In this document: positions 13,262 through 24,677 of the stretch, in pieces
Layout of the letters: every line of letters begins with the position of its first letter
How positions within the stretch are numbered: the stretch's first letter is position 1
The notes under the pieces: generated by a model
The model's database searches: none
What the model saw: only the letters and a program-made list of their open reading frames with translations
Told to the model about the DNA's origin: nothing
Position numbers and translations under genes: made by a program
Origin: Eledone cirrhosa
Lineage: Eukaryota
Direction: 5' to 3'
DNA length: 64,000 nt
Assembly (NCBI GenBank): GCA_964016885.1
Contig: OZ024741.1
Span: 336,598,001 to 336,662,000 of the forward strand

Positions 13262-15703
13262 TTAATTAGGTTTATAATATTTAAATGTTTTTTTTAGTTT
13301 ATGATTACACGATATAATTAATTCCTGTCTTTTATTTAATAAGATATCCCTAGACTTCATTATTTCAAATAGTTCTTGGGAACATAATCTACATTCCTTT
13401 CTATTATTTTGATAAGGGGTGGCTCTTTTGAGCACACTCCAGGTCAAATCATATTTTATATTTTTATTTTTATAACTATTGATTTTTTCTGCTAGAGATG
13501 TTGTATTAGCCAGTGCGGCATTTTTAAAGCTATGTTTGTGGGTATTATACCTTGTCTTAAAATTGTTAGAGGTAGCTCCTATATATGAGCAAATAGAATC
13601 TTTAGTTTTAACATTACATTTATAGACTATGTTGTTAACAAGACAATTCCCTTTTAATGGGCAGTTTGTTTTGTTTCTACAGTTACATCCTTTCGTTAAT
13701 TCTGTATTTGAGGAGATATTATTGTTAATTTGATGTACTGGTGGTATACTTATGGTTTTCTTACATTTATATGCATTATATGCACTTATATTTTGTTTTA
13801 TGTTATTTGTTGTAGAGTATGAGAATTTAACTGTAGACCTATTTAAGATTTGATGGTATTTGTGGTTTGGCGGGAAGTTTTTCTCAAGGATATAAAAAAA
13901 TTTTTTAGCAATATTATCCTTAACTTGTAAATTAAAAGGAGCATTATACCAAGTAATTCGTCTATTACGGTTTCTATGTTGTTTATTATTTTTATTATTT
14001 TTATATGTTGTATCATGATTTTTACTAGGAGGATTAATGTTAATGATCTCACCACAACTATTTTTAGTTATATTTGTAGATTTAGGTGTTTTATCTTTTT
14101 TATTAGGAGTTTTATTATTAATATTTATTATAGTTGTATGATGAGTAGTTTTTTGAGGGTTACTATACTTTATATTAGAAGATTTAGTATTTTGGGGTAT
14201 ACTGTGGGTGGCATTTAGGTGTGTACTTTTCATTTGGTGTTTGTTGGTAATATTATGCTGTATGCTTTCAGTATTTTTAGTAGAAGGTATATACTCTAAT
14301 CTATTTTTGTGGCCACTTCTATCTAGAGCTTCATTATAAAAGGTCGCATTTTTATCAAATACATCTTGGTTAGAAGAAAGGTTAGAAATTCTAAGTGATA
14401 TATTATATGCAAGGTTTTTAAGGATAGATTTAGGGTGATTAGATTGTGAGTGTATGTAATGTAAGTTTTGGTTAGGTTTATGGTAAGGTTGGTATATACC
14501 CGTAGCTAAATCTAAAGTTATATCTAGGAAATTTACTACTTTACTTGTTTTTTCAAAAGTAATATTAAGATTATAATAGTCTTTAAGGAAAGTTCTAATA
14601 TGCTTTTTGTTTTTTTCGATTTCTGAAAGGCTAAGGTTGTTAGAAAGAAGAAGACAGTCATCACGATATAAACCACCTTTGAGGTGGGGAAAAGAGGCAT
14701 TTATGTTGAAAAGGAGAAAGAGGCCCACAAGATCAGTAATTTGGGCGGAATCGCTTGAACCCATAGTAATATCAAAAAGATTACTGTATGTGTTTCTGGT
14801 CCAGTACTCATTCTGAAATTCAATAAGTGTTTGTCTAGCATGTGTAATAATGTTAATGTCATCCGAAGTTAAATTAGATCTATTTTTAGCAAATATTAAT
14901 GCTTTGTTCAGGAGTATGGGTGATATAGAAGAATAGTAATTATCTATATCAAATTGTAGGAAAGAAGCAGAGGATTTACACCTAATATTTTTAAACCAAT
15001 TAATTACCTGGGAGGTGTTTTCCCAGAGTGGTAAAATAACGTATTTTCTTATTTGTGGGATGACTCTATCTAAAATTTTTTTGCTAATTATTCCAATATC
15101 TGATTTGGAGGGACATATAAGTCTAATAGAAGGATTAGAGTTAAAGTTAGATTTGTGATCTTTCAGGTTGAAGTGTGGTCTTTTCAATGCCAAAGGTTCA
15201 GTTCTATCTTCAATATTTAGTTTTTTTACTATGTTGTGTGTTTTGTTGTTGATGTTGGTGAGTGACACATTATTAGATTTTTTATAATTTTTTCTGAGTT
15301 CTTTAAATATGAACTCATTATAATGTTCAATATCCATATGATACAAGTTACCAGTTTTGTCCGAGTGGACATGGATTTTTTTAGACTTTTTTAGGTCCAA
15401 TAGGGTAGAATCAAGGTCCTTTTGAAAGACGGATTTGTACTTTTTAAATTTGAGGTGTTTAATTAAATTAAAAAGGTCTTTCTCGAAGTCTTCAAGTAAA
15501 AAGTTGTGTGGTGGATTCTTGTAAGTGTTGAAATCATACATATATTTCCGATCTGCCTGTTTAGATTTTCTATCGAAGTGGTAGGCTCTCCATCTAACCC
15601 TTCTGATAAAATTATTAGTTTTCTGAATCATAAGGAGTAAGAAGTCGTCCTTAGAAGGTATTGGTATGTTTTTTAAGGAGGTTCCTAAATATTGTTTTTC
15701 CAT
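13262..15703 (-). CDS. Intact Penelope-like (Naiad-like) reverse transcriptase + GIY-YIG endonuclease, 813 aa from first ATG
   Basis: SDKTGN, FLQFDIDNYYSSI, ITMGSSDSAQITD, GGLYRDDCL, FLDITL, PYHKP, WYNAPF, linker CNCRNKTNCPLKGNCL, IVYKC...YIGAT..FKTRY..HK.SF, CRLC..E. No stops. The ORF-track start at 15724 is a TTG. Confidence 0.93.
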   Translation of the reverse strand: MEKQYLGTSLKNIPIPSKDDFLLLMIQKTNNFIRRVRWRAYHFDRKSKQADRKYMYDFNTYKNPPHNFLLEDFEKDLFNLIKHLKFKKYKSVFQKDLDSTLLDLKKSKKIHVHSDKTGNLYHMDIEHYNEFIFKELRKNYKKSNNVSLTNINNKTHNIVKKLNIEDRTEPLALKRPHFNLKDHKSNFNSNPSIRLICPSKSDIGIISKKILDRVIPQIRKYVILPLWENTSQVINWFKNIRCKSSASFLQFDIDNYYSSISPILLNKALIFAKNRSNLTSDDINIITHARQTLIEFQNEYWTRNTYSNLFDITMGSSDSAQITDLVGLFLLFNINASFPHLKGGLYRDDCLLLSNNLSLSEIEKNKKHIRTFLKDYYNLNITFEKTSKVVNFLDITLDLATGIYQPYHKPNQNLHYIHSQSNHPKSILKNLAYNISLRISNLSSNQDVFDKNATFYNEALDRSGHKNRLEYIPSTKNTESIQHNITNKHQMKSTHLNATHSIPQNTKSSNIKYSNPQKTTHHTTIININNKTPNKKDKTPKSTNITKNSCGEIININPPSKNHDTTYKNNKNNKQHRNRNRRITWYNAPFNLQVKDNIAKKFFYILEKNFPPNHKYHQILNRSTVKFSYSTTNNIKQNISAYNAYKCKKTISIPPVHQINNNISSNTELTKGCNCRNKTNCPLKGNCLVNNIVYKCNVKTKDSICSYIGATSNNFKTRYNTHKHSFKNAALANTTSLAEKINSYKNKNIKYDLTWSVLKRATPYQNNRKECRLCSQELFEIMKSRDILLNKRQELIISCNHKLKKTFKYYKPN

Positions 15704-15855
15704 TGTGATATGGATGATGGACAATTGAAAGAGCTCAACTAAATGTATATGGGTTTACAAAATCATACATATATATATGTTTATACATAAATATAAAATT
15801 AATACACACATACAGTACAAAAATACGAATATTTCCGTGAAAATAGGAGCAAAAT

Positions 15856-16662
15856 TATGTAGATAAATCTACCAAGAGTTTACGGTAGTGTCCAATCCGT
15901 ATGAAGAACTCAATGTATTCCGGATATCATGGAAAGAAGAGATGTAATGAAAATCCACTTTCGGTGAAAGATAAACGGTATACAGAGTCAAGATAAAATA
16001 TTAAACAAATAATGAACAAACAATTTCTTATATTAAACAAAAAAAGTTCACTATTTAACGATCGTTTCTAGGGTATATATGTGTTATAATTGGTATGCAT
16101 ATTTAACAGATCTATGTACAAAATTATACAAAATTATACAAATTATCAAGATTAAATATACATACCTAACTCATATATACGCCGTCTTCAGAAATAATGA
16201 AGTATATTTATTGATAATAACAACAATTCAAAATATCAGTTCAAAATTGACCAATGAAAACACAAAGGGTTAAAAGCAGTTTGGTGTGTGTATATACATG
16301 TAAAAACCTTACACATATTTTACAATAATGTGTGTATAATTTGTATGTGCATACTAAAAAGATGGATGCAAACACAAAATTTCAAGGTTAATATCTCTGT
16401 AAGCTTAATGCGCTGATAAGATACGCAATGATACTTATGGAGTCAAGCATATAAATATATTTTTTTCATACTCACACATATCAGTATAATCACACATACA
16501 TGTGCGTATATGCATAAATATACACATAACCACGAACATATAAACACACACACTCCCCCACTCACATTTATATATGTGGATATAAAATCATAAGCAAATA
16601 GAAATTAAGTCACTCACATAAAAACACTGGCACACACATTTCAAGATCAAGATACAGAAATT
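15856..16662 (-). repeat. 5' pseudo-LTR of PLE-1
   Basis: Direct repeat of 9778-10584, upstream of the ORF. Confidence 0.9.
16047..16201 (-). ncRNA. Type-I hammerhead ribozyme (5' pLTR copy)
   Basis: Same motif as 9969-10123, shifted by 6078. Confidence 0.8.
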
Positions 16663-19113
16663 TTAAGGATAATATTGCTAAAAAATTTTTTTATATCCTT
16701 GAGAAAAACTTCCCGCCAAACCACAAATACCATCAAATCTTAAATAGGTCTACAGTTAAATTCTCATACTCTACAACAAATAACATAAAACAAAATATAA
16801 GTGCATATAATGCATATAAATGTAAGAAAACCATAAGTATACCACCAGTACATCAAATTAACAATAATATCTCCTCAAATACAGAATTAACGAAAGGATG
16901 TAACTGTAGAAACAAAACAAACTGCCCATTAAAAGGGAATTGTCTTGTTAACAACATAGTCTATAAATGTAATGTTAAAACTAAAGATTCTATTTGCTCA
17001 TATATAGGAGCTACCTCTAACAATTTTAAGACAAGGTATAATACCCACAAACATAGCTTTAAAAATGCCGCACTGGCTAATACAACATCTCTAGCAGAAA
17101 AAATCAATAGTTATAAAAATAAAAATATAAAATATGATTTGACCTGGAGTGTGCTCAAAAGAGCCACCCCTTATCAAAATAATAGAAAGGAATGTAGATT
17201 ATGTTCCCAAGAACTATTTGAAATAATGAAGTCTAGGGATATCTTATTAAATAAAAGACAGGAATTAATTATATCGTGTAATCATAAACTAAAAAAAACA
17301 TTTAAATATTATAAACCTAATTAATAACATTATTCTAGAATTTAATTTAATTTAAATGTTAGTTAACCTATAAATTTAATTTAATTAATATTTTATTACA
17401 GATGAGAAAATATTATGTAATCATAAATTTTGAAAAACCTTTAAATATTACTAATATATACTCAGTAATTTAATTTATAGATTAATTTTAATTTATTTTA
17501 ACCTTTTATTATAATTTTTTTATTATAATTCTTTTACAGATAAAATATAACAAAATAATATCATGTATCCAATGACGGAGAAAGAATTTTTAGTATTATA
17601 GACCTAATTAATATACATTTTGGAAATATATTTATTATTTGGTTTTAGTTTTAATCAACCTAAAACTTTAATTTTAATTTGCTTAAAATTAGTATCCTTG
17701 TACAGACGAATTGCAGAATGTCATGTAATCATAGAATGAGATGTGTTTTGGATATATACCTAATTAATATATTCTGTGCAATTTTTTGAAAAAGATATGT
17801 ATATCTATATGTATATGTATATATGTGTGTGTTGTATGTGTATCTGTATGTATATTTATGTGAGTATATATGTATATATGTGTATATATGTGTATATATA
17901 TATATATATGAGTGTATATGTATATGTATGTGTATGTGTATGTATATGTATATGTATGCGTATTAATTTTGATTTTTATTTGCATATAATTATATTATGC
18001 TATTGATGAAATACAATATCTGCTTTATGTATTGTATACCTAATTAACATATACTAATTAACGTATACTATTGAAATAAATATATAATTTTTAATTTAGT
18101 TAACATATAATTTATATGCTACTACCGATGTAATACTTTATTTTATTTTTATTTGGGTTTCTTTTCCCTATTACTAAATTCATCTCCTAATATTGATACC
18201 ATAACGTTATTAACTTTAATTTAGTTATATTGTAATTAATAATCTACTACTGTTTGACTTCATAATTCTGCTTCAAATATTATAAACCTAACTAATTTAC
18301 ACCTTGGAAATCAATATGTTGACTATCTTTGGTTTAGTTAACATATGATTAATGGTTTACTTTTTTGTTTTGAGATGCATAGATTTCGTATTTCCTAGCA
18401 CTGAAAATATGTAAGAACATACATTGAATTAAGATACGGAAAATATTATATGTTTCTTGAAACATATATTTACTTTGATCCCCTTCTCCAAACCCCCCCT
18501 TTCCCCCATACTATTATCATCTGTTTTTGTAAGCGTATATGTATGAATATATGTGTAGGTGGGTGTCTATATAGGTTTTGGTATTTATTTCTAAATATAA
18601 AAATACATATATGAGCATGTAAATATAATGTAAGATTGAGTGTGTATATATGATTGTACATACATATGTATGTATATATATGTATATATATGTATTATAT
18701 ATGTATGTGTATGTGAATGTGTGGTATGTATATGTGTATGTATATGTATATATGTGTATGTATGTGTATGCTTGTATATAGGAATATATATATGTGTATA
18801 TATGTATGTATATGTATATGCGTGTTTGTATGTATGTGTATATGGGTTCTGTATATATTTGTATGTCTCTCTATTTATATGTTTATCTTCGTATCTATGT
18901 GATATATGTGTGGGTGTGTGCACGTATGCATATGTATGTGTTTGTGTGTGTTTGTATGTGTGTGTCTATATATATGTGTATTTGCGCACACTCACATACA
19001 CATATATATATATATATATATATGTGAGTGTGTATGTGTGTCTGTGTGTGTGTGTGTGTGTGTATGTGTATATATATATATATATATATATGTGTGTATA
19101 TATATATATATAG

Positions 19114-19145
<32 letters not shown>

Positions 19146-19267
19146 ATATGGGTGTCTATGTGTGAATATATGTCTTTATTCGTATGTGTGTATTTATGTA
19201 TGTATATATTTATGTGTATGTATGTATGTGTATGTATGTATGTATATATATATATATGTGTATATAT

Positions 19268-19309
<42 letters not shown>

Positions 19310-19649
19310 CTTTATTATTATTGTAATATAACTTATGTGTATATGTGTATAAGTGAGGTTGTGTATGTATATATACTATGTGTATATATAAGAGTAATGA
19401 AATATATATATATATATATATATGTGCATGTCTGTTTTTTATGTGTGTGTATATATATATATGTATGTGTATATATGTATATATATATATGTGTACGTGT
19501 GTGTATGTGGTTATATATATATATATATATATATGCATGTGGGTGTTTGTATGTGTATTTATGGTGGTATGAGTGTGTGGATATATATATGTTTATATAT
19601 ATGTATGTGTATGTGTATATATATATATATGAGTCTATGTGTGTGCGTA

Positions 19650-19690
<41 letters not shown>

Positions 19691-20671
19691 ATGTGTGTAT
19701 GTGTTGCGCGTGAGTGTGTGTGTATTTATATCTTTTTATATGTGTATATGTATATATTCGTGTAAATGTATGTGTGTGTATGACTGTATAGGTATGTGTG
19801 TATGTATGTATGTGTAGATATCTCTATGTGCGCGTACATGTATGTATGTGTATGTATATCTGTATGTGTATGTACATTATATTATATTTTTATATTTTAT
19901 TGTTTTTATTTTTTTATTTTTCTTAATTTATAGATACATTTATATTAGGCAGTCTGGTCTGACAATCTAATACTGACCCCTCCCCCCCCCCCCTCCCACC
20001 TAATTTCTGTATCTTGATCTTGAAATGTGTGTGCCAGTGTTTTTATGTGAGTGACTTAATTTCTATTTGCTTATGATTTTATATCCACATATATAAATGT
20101 GAGTGGGGGAGTGTGTGTGTTTATATGTTCGTGGTTATGTGTATATTTATGCATATACGCACATGTATGTGTGATTATACTGATATGTGTGAGTATGAAA
20201 AAAATATATTTATATGCTTGACTCCATAAGTATCATTGCGTATCTTATCAGCGCATTAAGCTTACAGAGATATTAACCTTGAAATTTTGTGTTTGCATCC
20301 ATCTTTTTAGTATGCACATACAAATTATACACACATTATTGTAAAATATGTGTAAGGTTTTTACATGTATATACACACACCAAACTGCTTTTAACCCTTT
20401 GTGTTTTCATTGGTCAATTTTGAACTGATATTTTGAATTGTTGTTATTATCAATAAATATACTTCATTATTTCTGAAGACGGCGTATATATGAGTTAGGT
20501 ATGTATATTTAATCTTGATAATTTGTATAATTTTGTATAATTTTGTACATAGATCTGTTAAATATGCATACCAATTATAACACATATATACCCTAGAAAC
20601 GATCGTTAAATAGTGAACTTTTTTTGTTTAATATAAGAAATTGTTTGTTCATTATTTGTTTAATATTTTAT
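16663..20671 (+). repeat. Inverted 5'-truncated PLE-1 copy (GIY-YIG coding end 16663-17324, 3' UTR, partial pLTR)
   Basis: Reverse complement of 9915-13923 with a constant coordinate sum. Confidence 0.92.
20463..20617 (+). ncRNA. Type-I hammerhead ribozyme with 116-nt stem II
   Basis: TTCATTATTT CTGAAGA [GTATATATG...GGTATGTATATTTAA ... TTAAATATGCATACC...CATATATAC] GAAA CGATCG TT AAATAGTGAA. 10-bp stem I, palindromic ACGATCGT, predicted cleavage after 20607. Confidence 0.82.
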
Positions 20672-20674
20672 ATT

Positions 20675-20704
<30 letters not shown>

Positions 20705-20725
<21 letters not shown>

Positions 20726-20925
20726 TATTAAAAATGTTAACAAAAAAAAAATATTCACATAATCAAAATATATATTTAATTATATATATATATATATTTC
20801 AAAGGTACTGTGTTGTTTTTTCAGTACGTCCTCATCAGACAAAATATATGATTTGACATACCACTACGGTCTTGATTATTCAATTCGAGTATTGGCAGTG
20901 ATTTATTTTATAAAATCTCAATATA
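20705..20925 (-). mobile_element. Inverted twin of the 7421-7620 PLE-terminus fragment
   Basis: TTTCAAAGGTACTGTGTTGTTTTTTCAGTACGTCCTCATCAGACAAAATATATG is the reverse complement of 7495-7548. Confidence 0.7.
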
Positions 20926-20945
20926 TATATGTACATATATATATA

Positions 20946-23243
20946 TCATCATCATCATCATCATCAATGTTTAACGTCCGTGTTCCACGCTTGCATGGGT
21001 TTGGACGGGGGTTTTCCCACTTGAGGCAAGAGTGATTGTCTTGCTCGCATAGGACTGTCTGGCAGGTTTTCTACAGTTGGATGCCCTTCCTAACACCAAC
21101 CACATTTACAGTGTGGGTCTGGGAGGTTTTTACCGTGTTGCCTACACGGCCACATTACAGCGTGGACTGTGTGTTTTTTTGTCGTGACACTTACACGATC
21201 TCATTTGTTTCGGCCTGGATGGTGTGGCACCAACATAACTTTATATAGAAGGGGGCGGTGTGGATGGGGTGTGGGTGGTGGGATGGGGGTGTATTTTGTT
21301 AGAGATGCCTACTGACTGTAGTAGGTTTTACTTTGTATTTAGGTAAGGCGGGTCTTCTCTATTACTGAGTACTGCCAAAGGTCTCGGTCCAGTGACATTG
21401 TCTTGGTGAGGTGTAAGTGTGTGAGGTCGGAGTTTATCAGCTCGTCCCAGGTTTTTCTGGGTCTGCCTATTCCGTGGCTACCGTCTATCTTTATTGCCCT
21501 GCACTTTGTTATACAGCTATCGTCCTTCATGCGCATCACGTGACCATACCAACGTAGCCTTCTCTCTAGTAAACAACATCTGATCCCTCTTATTTCTAAT
21601 TTTTTCCTTAGTTCGTTTATGCTTTGTCGTTCACGTATATTACTATTACACATCCAGCGAAGCATGCAAGCTTCGTTTCTCTCTAGTCTGCGTATATCCT
21701 CTGCACACAATGCCCAGGTCTCACTGCCATGCAACATTGCTGTTCGTATGCAGGCATCGTACAGCCTGCCTTTCATTTTTAGGGAGAACCCTTTAGCGGC
21801 TAATAGTGGTATAAGCTCTCTGAACTTTTTCCACCTAGTTCTGACTCTAGCTACTGTACTTTCAGAGCACCCTCCCCCACTGCTGATTTTGTCACCCAGG
21901 TAACGGAAGCTGTCCACTATTTCTATAGAACCCTCTGCGCAGTTGAAAGAGCTAGTATTTTGTGGGCACTTGCTGCTACTTATTGCCCCAGAACACCGGC
22001 CACATGTAAAATCTATGTTCTTAGTTAGCTTACCTGTGATCCCACTACATCTTTTATGCACCCAAACTTTGCATTTGGGACACAAAATGGAATTTCTACC
22101 TTCGCCTTTCCTACACTTTGCACATGGCCACTTCCCGGAGGGGACCGCCGCCTTATTTTCTTTCTTACAAACTAGAACTTTAGTCTTAGCCAGGTTAATT
22201 TTAAGGCCTTTTGATTCTAGGCCGTGCTTCCATGTTTGGAATTTCTTCTCTAGCTCGGCCATTGATTCAGCTATGAGCGTTAGATCATCTGCGTATAGGA
22301 GTTCCCATGGGCAGCCGGTCTTGAACTCCACTGTTATAGCCTGGAGGGCAATAATAAATAGTAGGGGGCTAAGAACACCAACTCTTCACTATATTCGTTG
22401 TTAATTCTAACCTTGCTGACTGTTTCTTTATACATGGCTTGTATAGCTCTCACAAGCCATTCATCAACACCTAGTTTTCTAAGAGCCCACCAGATAATGG
22501 AACGGGGGACTCTGTCGAAGACCTTCTCCAAGTCGACGAAAGCTAAATATAGGGGTTTACTTTTAGCTAGGTACTTCTCCTGTAGTTGTCGTACAATGAA
22601 AAGAGCGTCTATGGTACTTTTGCCTGACACAAATCCGAACTGCATTTCATCTAGATCAATTCGCTCTCTGATTAGTTGCGCTATTACTTTTTCCGTGACC
22701 TTCATGACCTGGTCGATTAATTTAATGCCTCTATAGTTACTCCTATCTAGGGCATCTCCTTTACCCTTATAACAGTTAACGATAATGCTGCTACGCCAGT
22801 CCTTCGGAACAACCCCATTCTGTATGACTTGGTTGACTATCCGGGTGACCATGGTGTGTCCCACCGTACAAGATGCCTTCAGCATCTCGGCAACTATTTC
22901 CGAAGGCCCAGCCGCCTTGCCTGTCTTCATATCTTTGATTACCTTACTTATTATACTACCCTCGACTAACACTGCTGGTCCCTCTATTGGGTCGATGTGG
23001 GGGAGACTGTCTTTCTCCCATTTATTCTCCTCATTTAGTAGCCTTTCATAGTGACACTTCCAAGCTACCTTCTTATCGGCGTCGGTGATGGCAAGTACGC
23101 CGTCATCGTTAAGTACACACTTCTCCCCGACAATATCACTGTTTTCCTTGACACATTGCCTAGCAATCCTGAACACCTCACGTTTTTGGTCCTCACGTTG
23201 TAGAACATGCTTGAACTTTCTTTCCTCTGCTTCCCTTCTTGCG
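20946..23243 (-). mobile_element. 5'-truncated RTE LINE, frameshifted by a small deletion near 22380
   Basis: ORFs 22334-23176 and 21339-22331 carry RT motifs (NYRGIKL, FVDLEK.FDRVPR, YADD). 3' UTR and (ATG)n tail present. Confidence 0.9.
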
Positions 23244-23320
23244 TGTGTATATATATATCTATATATATATGTATATATATATATATGTGTGTGTGTATAT
23301 ATATATATATATGTATATAT

Positions 23321-23402
<82 letters not shown>

Positions 23403-23417
23403 ATATTTATATATATA

Positions 23418-24105
23418 TCATCATCATCATCGTTTAACGTCCATATTCCACGCTTGCATGGGTTTGGATGGGAGTTTTCCCACTTGAGGCAAGAGTGGTT
23501 GTCTGGCTCGCATAGGACTTTCTGGCGGGTTTTCTACAGCTGGATGCCCTTCCTAACACCAACCACATTTACAGTGTGGAACTGGGAGGTTTTTACCGTG
23601 TTACCTACACGGCCACTTTACAGCGTGGACTGTGTGTTTTTTGTCGTGACACCTACACGACCTCATTTATTTCGGCCTGGATGTTGTGGTACCAACATAA
23701 CTTTACATTGAAAGGGGCGGTGTGGATGGGCTGGGGGTAGTGGGATGGGGGTGTATTTTGTTAGAGGTGCCTACTGACTGTAGTAGGTTTTACTTTGTAT
23801 TTAGGTAAGGCGGGTCTTCTCTATTACTGAGTACCGCCAAAGATCTCGGTCCAGTGACATTGTCTTGGAGAGGTGTAAGTGTGTGAGGTCGGAATTTATC
23901 AAGTCGTCCCAGGTTTTTCTAGGTCTGCCTACTCCGTGGCTACCATCTATTTTTATTGCCCTGCACTTTTTTATACAGCTGTCGTCTTTCATGCGCATCA
24001 CGTGACCATACCAACGTAGCCTTCTCTCGAGTAAACAACATCTGATCCCTCTTTTTTCTAATTTTTCCCTTAGTTCGTTAATGCTTTGCGTTCACGTATA
24101 TTACT
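23418..24105 (-). mobile_element. RTE LINE 3' fragment
   Basis: [11 protein letters not shown]...GRPRKTW...KTRLT* plus the shared 3' UTR. Confidence 0.85.
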
Positions 24106-24226
24106 ATATATATATATATATATATATATACCATCATCATCATCATCATCACCGTTTTACGTCCGTTCTAACACGCTAGCATGGGTTAGACGGGAGATAT
24201 ATATATATATATATATATAAATATAT

Positions 24227-24465
24227 ACACTTTATTTCACATTGTTCGAGTTTACTCAGCTGTAGAAATGAGATGATAGGGACTGGGGTCCATATCATTC
24301 CACTGTGAAGTGGTTGTGGAGGTGCTATGGAAAAAAGCATCCAGCACACACTGTAAATGAGGTTGGTGTTAGGAAGGGCATCCAGCTGTAGAAATCAAGC
24401 CAGAATCAGTTCCCTTCCCACCCTTGTTAGCATGCAAAAGCGGACGTAAAATGATGATGATGATG
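24227..24465 (+). mobile_element. 5'-truncated SINE family B
   Basis: ACACTTTATTTCACATTG...CTCAGCTGTAGAAATG...GGAAGGGCATCCAGCTG...GGACGTAAAATGATG. Confidence 0.7.
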
Positions 24466-24550
24466 GTATATATGTATATATATATGTATATATATATATA
24501 TGTATATATATATGTATATATATATGTATATATATATATATGTATATATT

Positions 24551-24623
<73 letters not shown>

Positions 24624-24642
24624 ATATATATATATATGTATG

Positions 24643-24673
<31 letters not shown>

Positions 24674-24677
24674 GTAT

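Larger units (their letters stand above)
9778..20671 (-). mobile_element. Complete PLE-1 insertion: pLTR-ORF-3'UTR-pLTR on minus strand plus head-to-head inverted 5'-truncated copy
   Basis: Direct repeats 9778-10584 = 15856-16662 (offset 6078). Inverted repeat 9915-13923 vs 16663-20671 (coordinate sum 30586). Flanked by (TA)n. Confidence 0.92.

Noticed and set aside
7643-23243. One giant inverted segmental duplication including the RTEs
   Set aside because: Element order is not mirrored, and the two RTEs have different truncations and deletions, so they are independent insertions.
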